A stretch of 64,000 nucleotides of DNA, from contig NC_043002.1 in assembly GCF_006345805.1 (NCBI RefSeq), forward strand, positions 47,554,001 to 47,618,000. Direction: 5' to 3'. The DNA is from Octopus sinensis (taxonomy: Eukaryota). Under the pieces are notes generated by a model, which was given only the letters and a program-made list of their open reading frames with translations, was not told where the DNA came from and did not search any database. Below are positions 27,540 to 39,470 of this stretch, piece by piece; the stretch's first letter is position 1, and each line of letters begins with the position of its first letter. The translations under genes were made by a program, and so were the position numbers.

Positions 27540-27830
27540 ACTTTTAATAGCAATCTTGTGAAATTGGCATTATATACAATTTTGTCACCCAACAAGCCAT
27601 GGACCACAAGATGACTGCTCCATGATAGGTTTCTTTTGAGATCCTTATTGGTGGAAACTTCCTGTATCTTGGGGTGCTCAAACCACCTTCATACTTAGTG
27701 TGAGTTAAGATAATCAACTGAATGATGTACCTCACAAGGATATAATAGCTCCTTCAGCATCCCTTTGGTTCAGTAAAGGCTTTCACCATTTTGTCTCTCC
27801 ACGTAGCTATGTACTTGCCTAAATCACTTG
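27540..27830 (-). mobile_element. Possible ancient LINE ORF2 remnant
   Basis: Minus ORF contains THTKYEGGLSTP, reminiscent of the post-RT GGLG motif; heavily degraded. Confidence 0.3.
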
Positions 27831-30534
27831 TGATATAATAAAGTATTTTCTTAAAGTAACTGTCAAAAAAATTTATCAAGTTATTTAAATGACATCATAT
27901 TTTCTAAAAACCATCACACTGCATTTTAACAACATGTTTCCTGACTCAAATACAATGACTACGTATATGAAATCAAATAGGCTTAAGAAAGTTCATAAAT
28001 TAGAAAATATTCTGTGATATTAGTCTCCTAGCAAAGCAGGAATGATTTAATTTGGGTAACTTTGCATCATACCTTAAACGTTTCATACCTATAATTAGTA
28101 GTTTTACATTCTATGGAAGCTCTATAGGCTACTAATAATTTTTCTTTTTTATTAGGGAAGAATTGGAATTGCAGTGAAATATATAGTCTTTAGAGAGAAA
28201 ATAAAATAAAGTATTAACAATCAGAAAACAGATTTGAAATGTATTAATTTAAATGAGACCAGCACAGAAAAGTAATTCCTTAGTATAAATCAATGTAGTG
28301 GGATATGCCGTTCTGATATTTAGAGTGTAAATACTGTGGTCTCAATTTGGAAGACAGAAAGTGGATTGTTAAAAGTACATTTAATTTCTATATTATCAAA
28401 GGGACTATGTAGAAGTTGCTTTGATAGCTCCTAAAAGTTTAGCTGGTATGATAGCTAGAAATAAGTTAACTTCTTTTCTAACAATATAATAAATTAAAAC
28501 ATAATTAACTAAGAAGCCATTTAAAATGACTTAAAAAAAGTTTTTAGCAAGAGACTCATTTAAAACTAGGGAATTTATAAAAAATTAGCTAAAGATAAAT
28601 TTAATATACAATAAATTATGGTTAAAGTGGTATATTGTATGCAATGGAATAATGCAAATTTATAATGGTAAAAATGTTCAAGGCTTTCTGTTACAGACAT
28701 TAATTTAAACTTTAAATATATGTGATATAACAGTAATTAAGGCTTCAAAATATTGTTGCTAAATTACTTCTTTAACTATAAAAAAGAATATAATGTAAAT
28801 GAATTATTATTTAATGCAATAGGTTGTATGTTAATACATTATGGATAAGTCATTGCAGGTTCATCTATATGCACTTTCAATAAATGATATAAGGAAATTA
28901 TATAATTGAAATATATTTACCAATATATAATATTTCATAAATAAGTTGTATTATAATTAATATATGAGTTTGTTTCATGATTAAATTAATTGAAATTTGT
29001 ATTTTCTCTCTGAGTTTCTATATCCTTTAATAAGAGGTATACTTTATTTTCTGATAAAATATATTTGTCATTCAAATATTTAAGTAGATAAATTATATAA
29101 CTTTTAATTATTTTAAGCAATATTAAAAATATAAAATACTGTTAAATAAACAGAAACGAAAATTATGAGAAAACTCAAATCAAAGTTAGACTATATGATT
29201 TTATATAAATCAATTCATATATTAATTAATTTGGTGCAGGATATGTATTTTCAGGTCTCCCTTGATTAAGATAACTGGGTTATGATAAATGGCTAATCGC
29301 TCAACGGGAAAGGTTACAGAGAAAATATTGGCAGAGAGGGGTAAGAAAGCTTGGGCAAAACCATTTTTGTAGTAAGATGATAGTCCCAAAACTGAGCATC
29401 AATGTCATATGCTATTACAGATTGTCTCAGAGTGGTGTGGTTAATACAGTTGATTGAGACACAGTAGTGATGATATGAGGAGAGATGCATCTATTCTATT
29501 AAAAGGGTTTGTTGTTAGTGTTTAACTCAAGCCAGCTCTGCTTAAATGGGTCCTATGATCAAAGGCATTCAAGCCATAACCACCCCATTGCTTTTTTTTC
29601 ATGGATAGTTTGCTCTGAACTACAATATCCAATCTGTTCTTTCAATTTTAAAGTGTTATGGTGTAGTTTGAGGGAACATTGGTTGCTATGTTGAGTGGCC
29701 ATGTACATAATCCCTCCTTAGTTCCTAACGGATAAAAACGGTTTAAATAGGTTAAGTATACCATCAGCAACTTCAGGAGTGAAAACTGTTTAAGTATAGT
29801 AAAAGATACAAAGGAAATGCATCACTCAGCTTTAAACCAAAGTTTAAAGGATTTTATCAAGTGACTGCTTTCATTTCAAGTAGATGGCAATTGTTTTGGA
29901 TGTTGAATAATGATGGCGAGAAAGCACAAAACAAAATTTCTAGGTATTTCTATTACAAAGGGATAAATTTAAAGCCCTAAATATACTTGACAATAAATTA
30001 ATTAAATTATAGAAAGTGGATAAGTTGCTGGGTTTTTATTATAGAGACTAAAGAAGCAAGTTTAGTTTGCATGCGAGGTAGGAATAGTGAAATTGTACAA
30101 TATCAAGGAATAGAGAAGGTATAGTAATGTAAAAATACTACAATGATACTTTTTGGATTCTTGAATTTGTAAATTGTGAATGAAACTATTTCTTGGAGGG
30201 TAAGCTTATATCTATAAAGCAATAACCATATGTGTAACTGAGACTTATCTGATGAAAATGGGTGTGAAGTGGAAAATGGGGTGTATATGTTGGAGTCTAT
30301 ATGTGAGAAGAAGGATATCAGAATAGGGGTTGTTGATCCTGACAAAGTAGAAGGGAATAGTTATATTATTTAATTATGGGTTGGAAAGGGCTTTGCTGAC
30401 AAAGTTATTTGATAACAAAATCCACTTAAATTATTTTCTGCTAGACAAAACCATTGATGGCTATTTCCATTTTAACTATTTTATGTTATTTTACTGTATT
30501 CTTAAGTTATAAATTTATAACACACGCACACTCA

Positions 30535-30567
<33 letters not shown>

Positions 30568-30569
30568 CT

Positions 30570-30806
30570 TTTATCTTCTATCTTTTACTTGTTTCAGTCA
30601 TTAGACTGCAGCCATACTGGGACACCACCTTTGAATTTGTTTAGTTGAATGAATCAACCGCCGTACTTTTTTTTAAACCTGATACTTATTCTATCACTCT
30701 CTTTTGCTGAACCACTAGGTTATGGGGACATAACACATCAACAGTGGTTGTCAATCAGTGGTGGGAGACAAACACAAACACAAAGACACCTACACACAGA
30801 CATATA

Positions 30807-30810
<4 letters not shown>
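30570..30810 (-). mobile_element. Bipartite SINE tail
   Basis: TCTTTTACTTGTTTCAGTCATTAGACTGCAGCCATACTGG...GGGAGACAAACACAAACAC is homologous to 48915-49140 and, in reverse, to 22530-22730. Confidence 0.7.
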
Positions 30811-30870
<60 letters not shown>

Positions 30871-30889
30871 CTCACAACACTCACAGCAC

Positions 30890-31053
30890 TCACAACACTC
30901 ACGGAGTGGTTGGCGTTAGGAAGGGCATCCAGCTTTAGAAACATTGCCAGATCAGACTGGAGCCTGGTGCAGCCTTCTGGCTTCCCAGACCCCAGTCGAA
31001 CCGTCCAACCCATGCAAGCATGGAAAGCAGACGTTAAACGATGATGATGATGA
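30890..31053 (+). mobile_element. RTE-LINE 3'-end-derived element, young copy
   Basis: GTGGTTGGCGTTAGGAAGGGCATCCAGC...CATGGAAAGCAGACGTTAAACGATGATGATGATGAT, CpG-retaining with a (GAT)n tail. RTE assignment is from recalled family resemblance. Confidence 0.7.
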
Positions 31054-31067
31054 TATATATATACACA

Positions 31068-32310
31068 CAGAGTGTGATGGTTAAATTTATATTTTATACT
31101 TTTAATTTGGCACATGTTCATTGTTTTTGATTTTGTTGGCTACACAGTATGGTAGAGTCAGTTGGGCACCAACTCTGAGAAAAACAGCACTATGATGCAG
31201 TTCACTCTGCCAGAAACTTGGAAACAACATGCTGTACTGCCTGGTATTCATGATGGAAGCTCCAATATGAACATTTCAGATTGTTTGGGTGTCAATCTGA
31301 GGTCAGTGCAGAGGATTCGAAAAGAGTTGGATGAAACTAATGATTATGAAGGTATGGCAGCTTGGAAAACTCACTCTGATTGTTCTGATGAGAAAAGAAC
31401 TCACTTCTGAATTTGTTGGTGAGATCCAGGCCATGATTGACAATGATCCCTCCAAGTCAATGAGGTCCATCACCAGGGACATGGAAGTGTCTGAGTTTCT
31501 TATCAGGCAGGTAATGCATGAATACATTCGGTATTCCTCATACAAGATGAGAAAGGGCCAATTTTTATATCAAACCATCAAGGACAAGGAGAAAACCATG
31601 CTACGAAGCTTTTGAACAAACTCAAGCATCCCCTCCAATCGAACATGCTTTGGGTTTTCTCAGATGAGAAAAATTTCTGCCATGATCAGATGGTGAACAC
31701 ACAGAACAATCGTTGGTTTGTCGTGTTCTCAAAACATGTACCGAGAGTGATGAAAATAAAATATTCACTCAACATCATGGTGTTTGGAGTGATCATTAGT
31801 GATGGCGATGTTATGTCTCCATTCATCTTCCCACATGGCCTCAGACTCCAACACAGTGGCTTGCATTAAGTGTCTGGAGGAGGTAGAGCTGCCCTGGGTG
31901 AAGAGGGTGGATGCTGGAAGATCCTATGTCTGGCAACAAAACTCTGCACCATGCCACACAAGCAGGAGAACCCAGTCATAGCTGTCAGACCACATCACCC
32001 CTAACATCTAGCCACCAAACTCCCCAGATTGCAATCCCCTTGATTATTATGTGTGGGCTGCAATTGAGCGAGAGATGATCAAAACTCTTTGTAACACCAA
32101 AGATGAACTGAAGACAAGGATTATGGCAGCATTCATCAACTTAAACAAGGAGACCACCCAGAAGAGTTGCTGGAGATTTTATTGAATAAATTTACTCTTT
32201 GGTATTTCAAGATTTTCATGTAATTATGGTAAATATATCTATTAAAATGAGATGTGAGTGTTATTTTCATTTTTACATAATTTAGATGACAATTTATTCA
32301 TCACACCCTG
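31068..32310 (+). mobile_element. Near full-length defective Tc1/mariner-superfamily transposon (maT/DD37D-like)
   Basis: Imperfect 20-bp TIRs CAGAGTGTGATGGTTAAATT and AATTTATTCATCACACCCTG followed by TA. Frameshifted transposase pieces: HTH (LGVNLRSVQRIRKEL; SMRSITRDMEVS), FSDEKNF, YVWQQ(N)SAPCHTS and (W)PPNSPDCNPLDYYVW. The second catalytic D is mutated to N and there are two TAG stops. Spacing to the third D is 33 in this copy, so DD37D would require a 4-codon deletion (inference). Confidence 0.88.
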
Positions 32311-32312
32311 TA

Positions 32313-32350
<38 letters not shown>

Positions 32351-32360
<10 letters not shown>

Positions 32361-32537
32361 CATATGTATATATATGATGGGTTTCTTTCAGTTTCCATCT
32401 ACCAGATCCACTCACAAGTCTTCAGTTAGCGTGAGGCTATAGCATAAGATAGTTGCCCAAGGTGACACAGAGTGGAATTGAACCTGGAACCATGTGGTTG
32501 GGAAGCAAGCTTCTTACCACACACCCACATCTGCACC

Positions 32538-32575
<38 letters not shown>

Positions 32576-32762
32576 ATATGTATGTATGCATATGTATATA
32601 TATGATGGGTTCTTTCAGTTTCCATCTACCAGATCCACTCACAAGTCTTCAGTTAGCGTGAGGCTATAGCATAAGATAGTTGCCCAAGGTGACACAGAGT
32701 GGAATTGAACCTGGAACCATGTGGTTGGGAAGCAAGCTTCTTACCACACACCCACATCTGCA

Positions 32763-32765
<3 letters not shown>
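32351..32765 (-). mobile_element. Tandemly duplicated tRNA-head SINE head (32351-32538 and 32579-32765)
   Basis: The two copies are identical except for one T. Minus strand reads GTGTGGTAAGAAGCTTGCTTCCCAACCACATGGTTCCAGGTTCAATTCC, with B-box GGTTCAATTCC. Confidence 0.85.
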
Positions 32766-32803
<38 letters not shown>

Positions 32804-35800
32804 TAATTTACTTTTGATGAGAGGTGTTCAACATGTTTCTAAATATAAGCAACATGTATTTTTTAATAATTACTCTCTGTATTTTCATGATTGCCAACAT
32901 CTTGGTGACTACTGAACTTCCCTTGTCAAATATGTGCGAGTTTATAAATATAATAATTTCATGTTTAAAATCCTATTTTTACATCTCCTTGAATTACACA
33001 CAGATAGCAAATGTCCATGATCAGTAATTGCTATATCAGTCAACGAGATTAAAAGACTAATTGAAAACAACATTGGATATAAGATTTGGAGTGTACATAC
33101 ATACATACATACACACACGCATATATACGCTTAAGTAGTGGAAATAACATATAATTAAAAAATGAGACTTATTCCATCATTAATGATGGAGAAAAACGAT
33201 GGATTGGCTGAATCAAATCAAACATCATGTATGCATTTGTCATTTTGTCTGCTTATAAGTGTGTTATTTTGTGTAAATATCTTGCCTGATTTAAGACTAT
33301 AAAAGTGAGTTAGCACATTAGAGATGTAACTTATGTGAACTCAGTAATTTGTTGCCTAGGTATTGATAAATTGAACTCCAGCCAAGGTACTGGAGTTGGT
33401 ACAACTTACTAAAACCCTAGGATGTGGTGTGCCAGCATGTCTGCAGTCTGATGACTGAAACCAGTAAAAGAATAAATGAATATTAATAGCACTCAGACTG
33501 CAAGAAACTTTCAAGATACTTATTAACTTTCTGTTTCTATCTAAATGAAATCAATAATATATTCCATTCTCCTATTTTTCTTCTGTGATTCTACATTAGT
33601 GATGATTATTTTAATTATGAGTACTTGCCATATTTCTTTCACAGTATGTAAACTCTATTGTCAGTGAAGTATATTTAGGTGTTAATTTTATATTTTATTC
33701 TCATTGATTTTCTAGAGATTCTATATTAGTGTTGATTGTTTTAATCATAAATGCTTGTCATGTTTTCTTTCCAGATTACAACTATTCTACTCATGCATTG
33801 GAATCAGGTATTATTTTCAATAATAGGACAAAATATATATTACAGTTGAGTAAGCTTGTTTTTTACCATAAAGTAAACTATTGTTTTACAAATTTCTTTA
33901 GATTATCTTTTCTCTACTAAACACAGTCATACCATAATCTACTTCAATATCACTTGAAAATTATAATCTTGTTTTTTGTATGATAAAACTGAATTTGGTT
34001 TCAGCCAATATTCCAATATAGCCCACAAACCATATCTGACAGAATGTACTAATCTGAATTTAGTCTATGCAGCCACCATAAATAAATTATCATCAACACT
34101 GTAGTCATTCCCTTCAATCTTAGATTGATTTCATTCACATAACATTGCTTTGTCTATGAATATTTTGTCTTCATTTTTGGTCAATAATTACTAGCCTTTA
34201 ACAATTGTTTATACAAACCCCTTGATTCATCTATCATACATACATTTTGTTATCACAGCTGCCTTGTTAGAACATATTGATCGCTAGCTTATTATATAAA
34301 TGGTGTTGTTAATTATTCAAACTATTGATATTTCTACTTTCAAACTGTAAGTTAGTAAATCAAACCAAAAATAATAAAAAAACTAATGAAAAGAAAAAAA
34401 TTGTCTCTCATTCATTCCAAAGCATAATGTATAAGCATCCTTCAAAACTTTTATGCATACCAACAATTTATCTCTGGTTTTTAAGGATGAATTACTGTTA
34501 TTTGATGTGACTCAGTGAACTATGAAGAGTTTGAATAATTTAAAAACACCATTGATTGTGTAGCTAGTGAACAAAAAGTGCCTGCTAAAAGGATCTTTAT
34601 TTTTTATAGAGTTCATACTGTTAAATGTAGATTTATAAACAACCATGTGTTTATTATCTACAAAACACTTTTACCTACTTCACTCAAAAATATTTTAAGC
34701 ATAATTGGTAATAGAAGAGTTCTGTCTAAATTTACCATAATTTGATTGTGTGGGATTATGTTAGTTTCATTATTCCATTAATGTTCTTTGTTCAACATGC
34801 TTTCCTTTCAAAATATTTCAAAACAAGCAATCAACTTTACTTTGCTTTCAGTAACATAAATCTACTGAGTATATAAATATTTTTGCTAATTCTCATCAAT
34901 CATTTCCTTTTGATATTATTTTATTAAATACTGACTAGTCAATCCCAGAACTCCAATAGCATGTTTAACATTGAAGAATGGTTTGTGTAAAAATTTCGTC
35001 AGAGGTATACTGTAATTCCCCTTATAAGAAAATTTCGTTATCCATAACTACATTAGATAATGCATTTTTTTGTCTATCCTCAGTAAATGTATTTCTTTGC
35101 TTTAGTTGCAATGGTCTGATAGCTACATTAATTTCTTTTAGCTTGTACACTTCAACATGAGTTAGATTTTATATTGTTTGTGTTATGTTAGAAACTCTCA
35201 GTACATTTTGAAGAGCCCATTCTTCAACATCACTACACTGTTAGATATCATGTGAACTAAAATGACGTTTAAACAAATGCTTTCAGTATATTGGAAAGAT
35301 AAAGAAAGAATAGAGTTATTCAATGCATTTTTAAATAAGTTCTTATAATACATTTTTGTAAATTCATGAAATTTTGTAGCTTAATAAATAATAACATTTG
35401 TATAAAGCGAAATAAATTAATTTATAAACAGCACTAAAAAAAGCAAATAATACACAAAGAAATTGCCAAAATTACTTTGTAGTTAATTTAATTAACATAA
35501 ATGTAGAGACTGTTGAAAAACCTTTAGCAGGCCAATTAAATAATGGAAAATTAAATTTTGTTGATTAACAAATGAAATCTTGATATTAAAAGAAAGGTTA
35601 TTGGGCATCTTAATATCTCTGCTTTCTCTTAGTCAATTTTTCTCTCTTTCTCTCTCCATCTCTATGTTTCTCTCTCTTTTTAACATACATGAACACAAAT
35701 ACAAATACACACAGTGAACATACATACATTTCAACTTCAGGTTTGCCTGAATACTCTGTCATTTACATTAAACAACTAAAGTAGCAGTAATGCTAATTCA

Positions 35801-37384
35801 CACTTTGTTTGCAAGAAGTACCATTGCCTAGTTGCTTCAATATTCCTTTTTTTGCCTAATAGTTACATTCACACTTCATTTAGCATAATTAGTTTGCAAA
35901 CATTTCAACATTTCTTTTTATTATGCAACTCACAATCACTTTAGAGAACGTATTTGATCTCAGACTCATCGATATTTTGAACACAAGGTATATTTGTTTA
36001 AATGAAAATTCCTATTTCATAACAATAAATTTTAAAAATTTAGATTTATTGTTGAGAAAAATTAAAACAAAGAAGTTATTTCTGACAATTGCAGTATATT
36101 TTTTGTTATATTTCATAAGTATTTTTACTTTTTGTTACATTTATGCTTTCCTTCTACAATTAAGCAAGATGATAAACTTCATATGAGCACACAATGCCAG
36201 TGCCAGTTTTGAAGTAATATCTGTGGTCTTACTAATTTCATTAATACTAGTGTTATCTAGCTTACTTAGGTAACAATGAATTGTTTCTGATTTCAGTTGG
36301 CTCTTTATAGAATAACCCTTGGTTCTTTTCACAACAGTTACTGCAATAGTGCATTTACTGTCGCAAAAACAGAGGTAATGTTTTTCTTTTTATATCATCT
36401 TAGATTAAATCACAGTGGTATCTGGACGAAGGAAAATTTGGTTTTGAATTGTAGTGCACTAATGCTTGGAGAAAAGCATAACATAAAGAAGGTTCAAGTT
36501 CAGATTAAGAGTTATTATGTGTTTATTAGGGATTCTAGAAAGAGAAGACAGTTTATAACTGACAATTTATATTGCAATAATTAAAAAAAAAATCTAGTTA
36601 AAGATTGACTTATGTATTATGTCAGAATTTTGTTATGATTAACATGAAAAATAATTTTTGAAATTTCTTTCATTACTTAGCATTGGTACAACAAAATGAG
36701 TCATTATCTTTAAATAAAGTGTTCAGTTTTGGGTGCCATTTTTATGAAACACAGTGAGAAAATATATTCATAAAAATTTGTTGAATAAAAGAAACAATAG
36801 GCTATTGGTTTAGATAATCTGTTACAAAAACTGAGCTTCAAGTAGCACATAGATTCTAATATCTGTAATATCTTCAAATAAGAATCATAAAGAGCCAAAA
36901 CAGATTCAAGGATGGCTGAAAAATAGAGCACATAATCTTCTCCAAATATCAAATTCAGAAAAAAGTGCAATAAAAAGTAGAAGCTACTACACATGATGTT
37001 TATCAATTCAAGGTAAATAAGATGTGTAATTGATAATATGGCTACTGCAAAACTTGCTTTCAATGACTATTGAAAAGAGCACTCTTGAAATCATGGTATA
37101 GACAATAAGCATCTTGTAAGATCTGGTTTATAAACTTCTGTAACCAGATGATTCCAATACACAAGTTTCATTGAACAATAGGAATTATTTCTTTTGACTT
37201 GGCACAAGAAGACTGAAGGAAGTAGAGTTGATTAAGCTGGCTTTAGTTTCTTACTATTGCATAGTTTAATCAACCATATAAAAGTTAGAATACTGTAGTA
37301 TCTGATATCAAACTAGACACAATAAAGCATCTAATCTGTCAATATCATTTAGGCCAATTTATTTGTCCCTAATGAGACGATGAC

Positions 37385-37610
37385 AATGATGATAATGGTT
37401 TCAAATTTTGATACCAGTAATTTCAGAAGTGGGGTAAGTTACTTACAATGACCCTCAGTTCTCAACTAGTACCTATCTTATCGACCTTGAAAGGATGAAA
37501 GGCAAAGTTGACCTCAGTAGAATTTGAATTCAGAATGTGAAGACAGACAAAATACCACTAAACACTTTGCCTGGCATGCTAACGATTCTGCTAGCTTGCT
37601 GCCACAATGA
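37385..37610 (-). mobile_element. tRNA-head SINE (same family as 8.8-9.5 kb)
   Basis: GAAAGGATGAAAGGCAAAGTTGACCTCAGTAGAATTTGAATTCAGAA...CTGGCATGCTAACGATTCTGC. Confidence 0.7.
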
Positions 37611-37849
37611 TGGAGACAGCTAGGATTTTGAGGCTGGTACCTTGGGTTGAATGCCTTCCACAATAATTAACAGCCACTTATCAAAGCTTATGATGTGTGG
37701 AAAGAGACCCTGTGAGACCTCTGTCAACAGGCTGCTATCTGCTCTCACAAAATCAATCAGAGCAAACATTTTGAGAAGTAAAACAACAATAATAATAATA
37801 ATGACAATAAGGCTAGCTGATGAACACCAAGATGGAGGAGAAAATTTCT

Positions 37850-39025
37850 TCTGAATATACCAGAAGAGTTAAAAAGCTATGTAGATCTAAGTTGACTGAA
37901 AGAACCTGATTAGAGGCATCAATGCATATGACAGTCGGTGTGATACATTACTGTGCAGGAATTGTGGAATGTACAAAGGTTAACATGAGTAGAAAAATTA
38001 GGAAGGTAATTGCTACATTGAAAGGTTTTACTTAGGAAGGAAGATGGAAGAAGACTGGATGGAACAGAGGCTAGTTTGTGAAGGAGACCAAGTACTTGCA
38101 TGCTTATCTGAGGAATAGTGATGAAAGAATGTTGCAGGCTGCCCTGAGTGAGATGGTGATCAGTGACTATGGTTAGACCTGCCAGGAGTACAATATGAGA
38201 TCTAATAGAGAAAAGATCATCAACTGGAAAGAGGAAGTCCTTCACAGAGAGTTTTCTCAGCAAACATCAAATGAAGAATACAGATAGTAAAGGCATAACT
38301 TTTTTTTTCAAAGAAGTTGACAAAAGGACTGATTCTTCCTGTTCAAGAACAAGCTTTACGAACCAACTCAATCAAGTGTAACATTGATAAGACAGCAGTT
38401 TCATCATTGTGTAGACCATGTGGAAAATCATCTGAGACAGTTAGACATATAATTAGTGGATGCTCAAAACTGATCCAAAAGGAGTACAAAAACAAAGACA
38501 TGACAAAATGGCAATGTGAATACATTGGAAGTTGTGCAAGAAGTATGGGTTTAAATGTTCCAATAAGTGGTATGAGCCAATCTTTGCCAGTAGCAGAAAA
38601 CGATCAGGTGAAACTTACATGGGATATGCTAATGTATACAGACAAGAAGCTGTTGCATAACTGACCAGATATCACCCTCCTATGGAAAAAGTCCAAAGTT
38701 ATCCTTGCAGAATAGAGCATTGTAAAAGCAGAGGGCAAGAAAATTGGAAAGTACCAAGGTCTAGCACTGGAAGTGAAACGAATTGACAGAGCTGCAAAAG
38801 TGAGTGTGATATGTATTATGATTGATGCACTTGGAACCATCTCAAAGAGATAGGAGCAATATTCTGACTTCAAAAACTGCATATACCAGACTTCATAGGA
38901 AGTATTCAGTTGATAACATTACTTAAAACAGCTCAATTGTTGAGAAAAGTGTTACTTCTCTAAGCTGTACGATGAAGCTGAGATGTGACATAAGTAACTC
39001 AAGAAACGTTAAGTGAATAAATGAA
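37850..39025 (+). mobile_element. 5'-truncated, frameshifted R4/Dong-like (restriction-like endonuclease) LINE
   Basis: YTRRVKKL..SKL..IRGINA...GVIHYCAGIV, then QEQALRTN...CRPCGKSSETVRHIISGC (CCHC knuckle), then PDITLL (REL PD motif)...KYQGLALEV, then TAQLLRKVL-stop at 38961-63, ending in an AAT-repeat tail. Confidence 0.8.
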
Positions 39026-39269
39026 TAATAATAAAAATTGCTTCTAACATAGGCACAAGACCTGAAATTTTGAGGGAGGAAGTTATTTGATACTATCAAC
39101 TCCAGAACTTCACTTGCGCTTTAGTTTACCAGTCAAGTACTGGAATGAATAGCATTAGCTAACTCCTTCCCAAATTTTGGGCCTTGTGCTTATGTTTCAG
39201 ACAACAACAACAACAATAATAATGATAATAATGGTTTCAAATTTTGACATAAGGCCAGCATGAATAATT

Positions 39270-39470
39270 GGCTGAGAGATGGGAGCAGAAATCTCTGTAT
39301 GGTAAATATGTGGCCTGTTCCAAACAAGCTGATGTTGATGAAAAGCACACTCATCAGTGGCTACAAAGCTTGAGGTTAAAGGCAGGGACCAAAGGCTTCA
39401 TCTTTGTTGTTCGAGATCAAAGCTTATTTACTCAGGACTACCAAGCCAATGTGATGAAAAATGGAGTAGA
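39270..39470 (+). mobile_element. Second R4/Dong-like LINE fragment
   Basis: RWEQKSLYGKY...DVDEKHTHQWLQSLRLKAGTKGFIFVVRDQSLFT corresponds to the pre-CCHC region of the neighbouring element. Confidence 0.7.

Noticed and set aside
33448-33461. CTGATGA-CT-GAAAC hammerhead-like string
   Set aside because: Only 2 nt separate the core halves, so helix II is impossible; it is a variant of the SINE tail ATGACTGAAAC.
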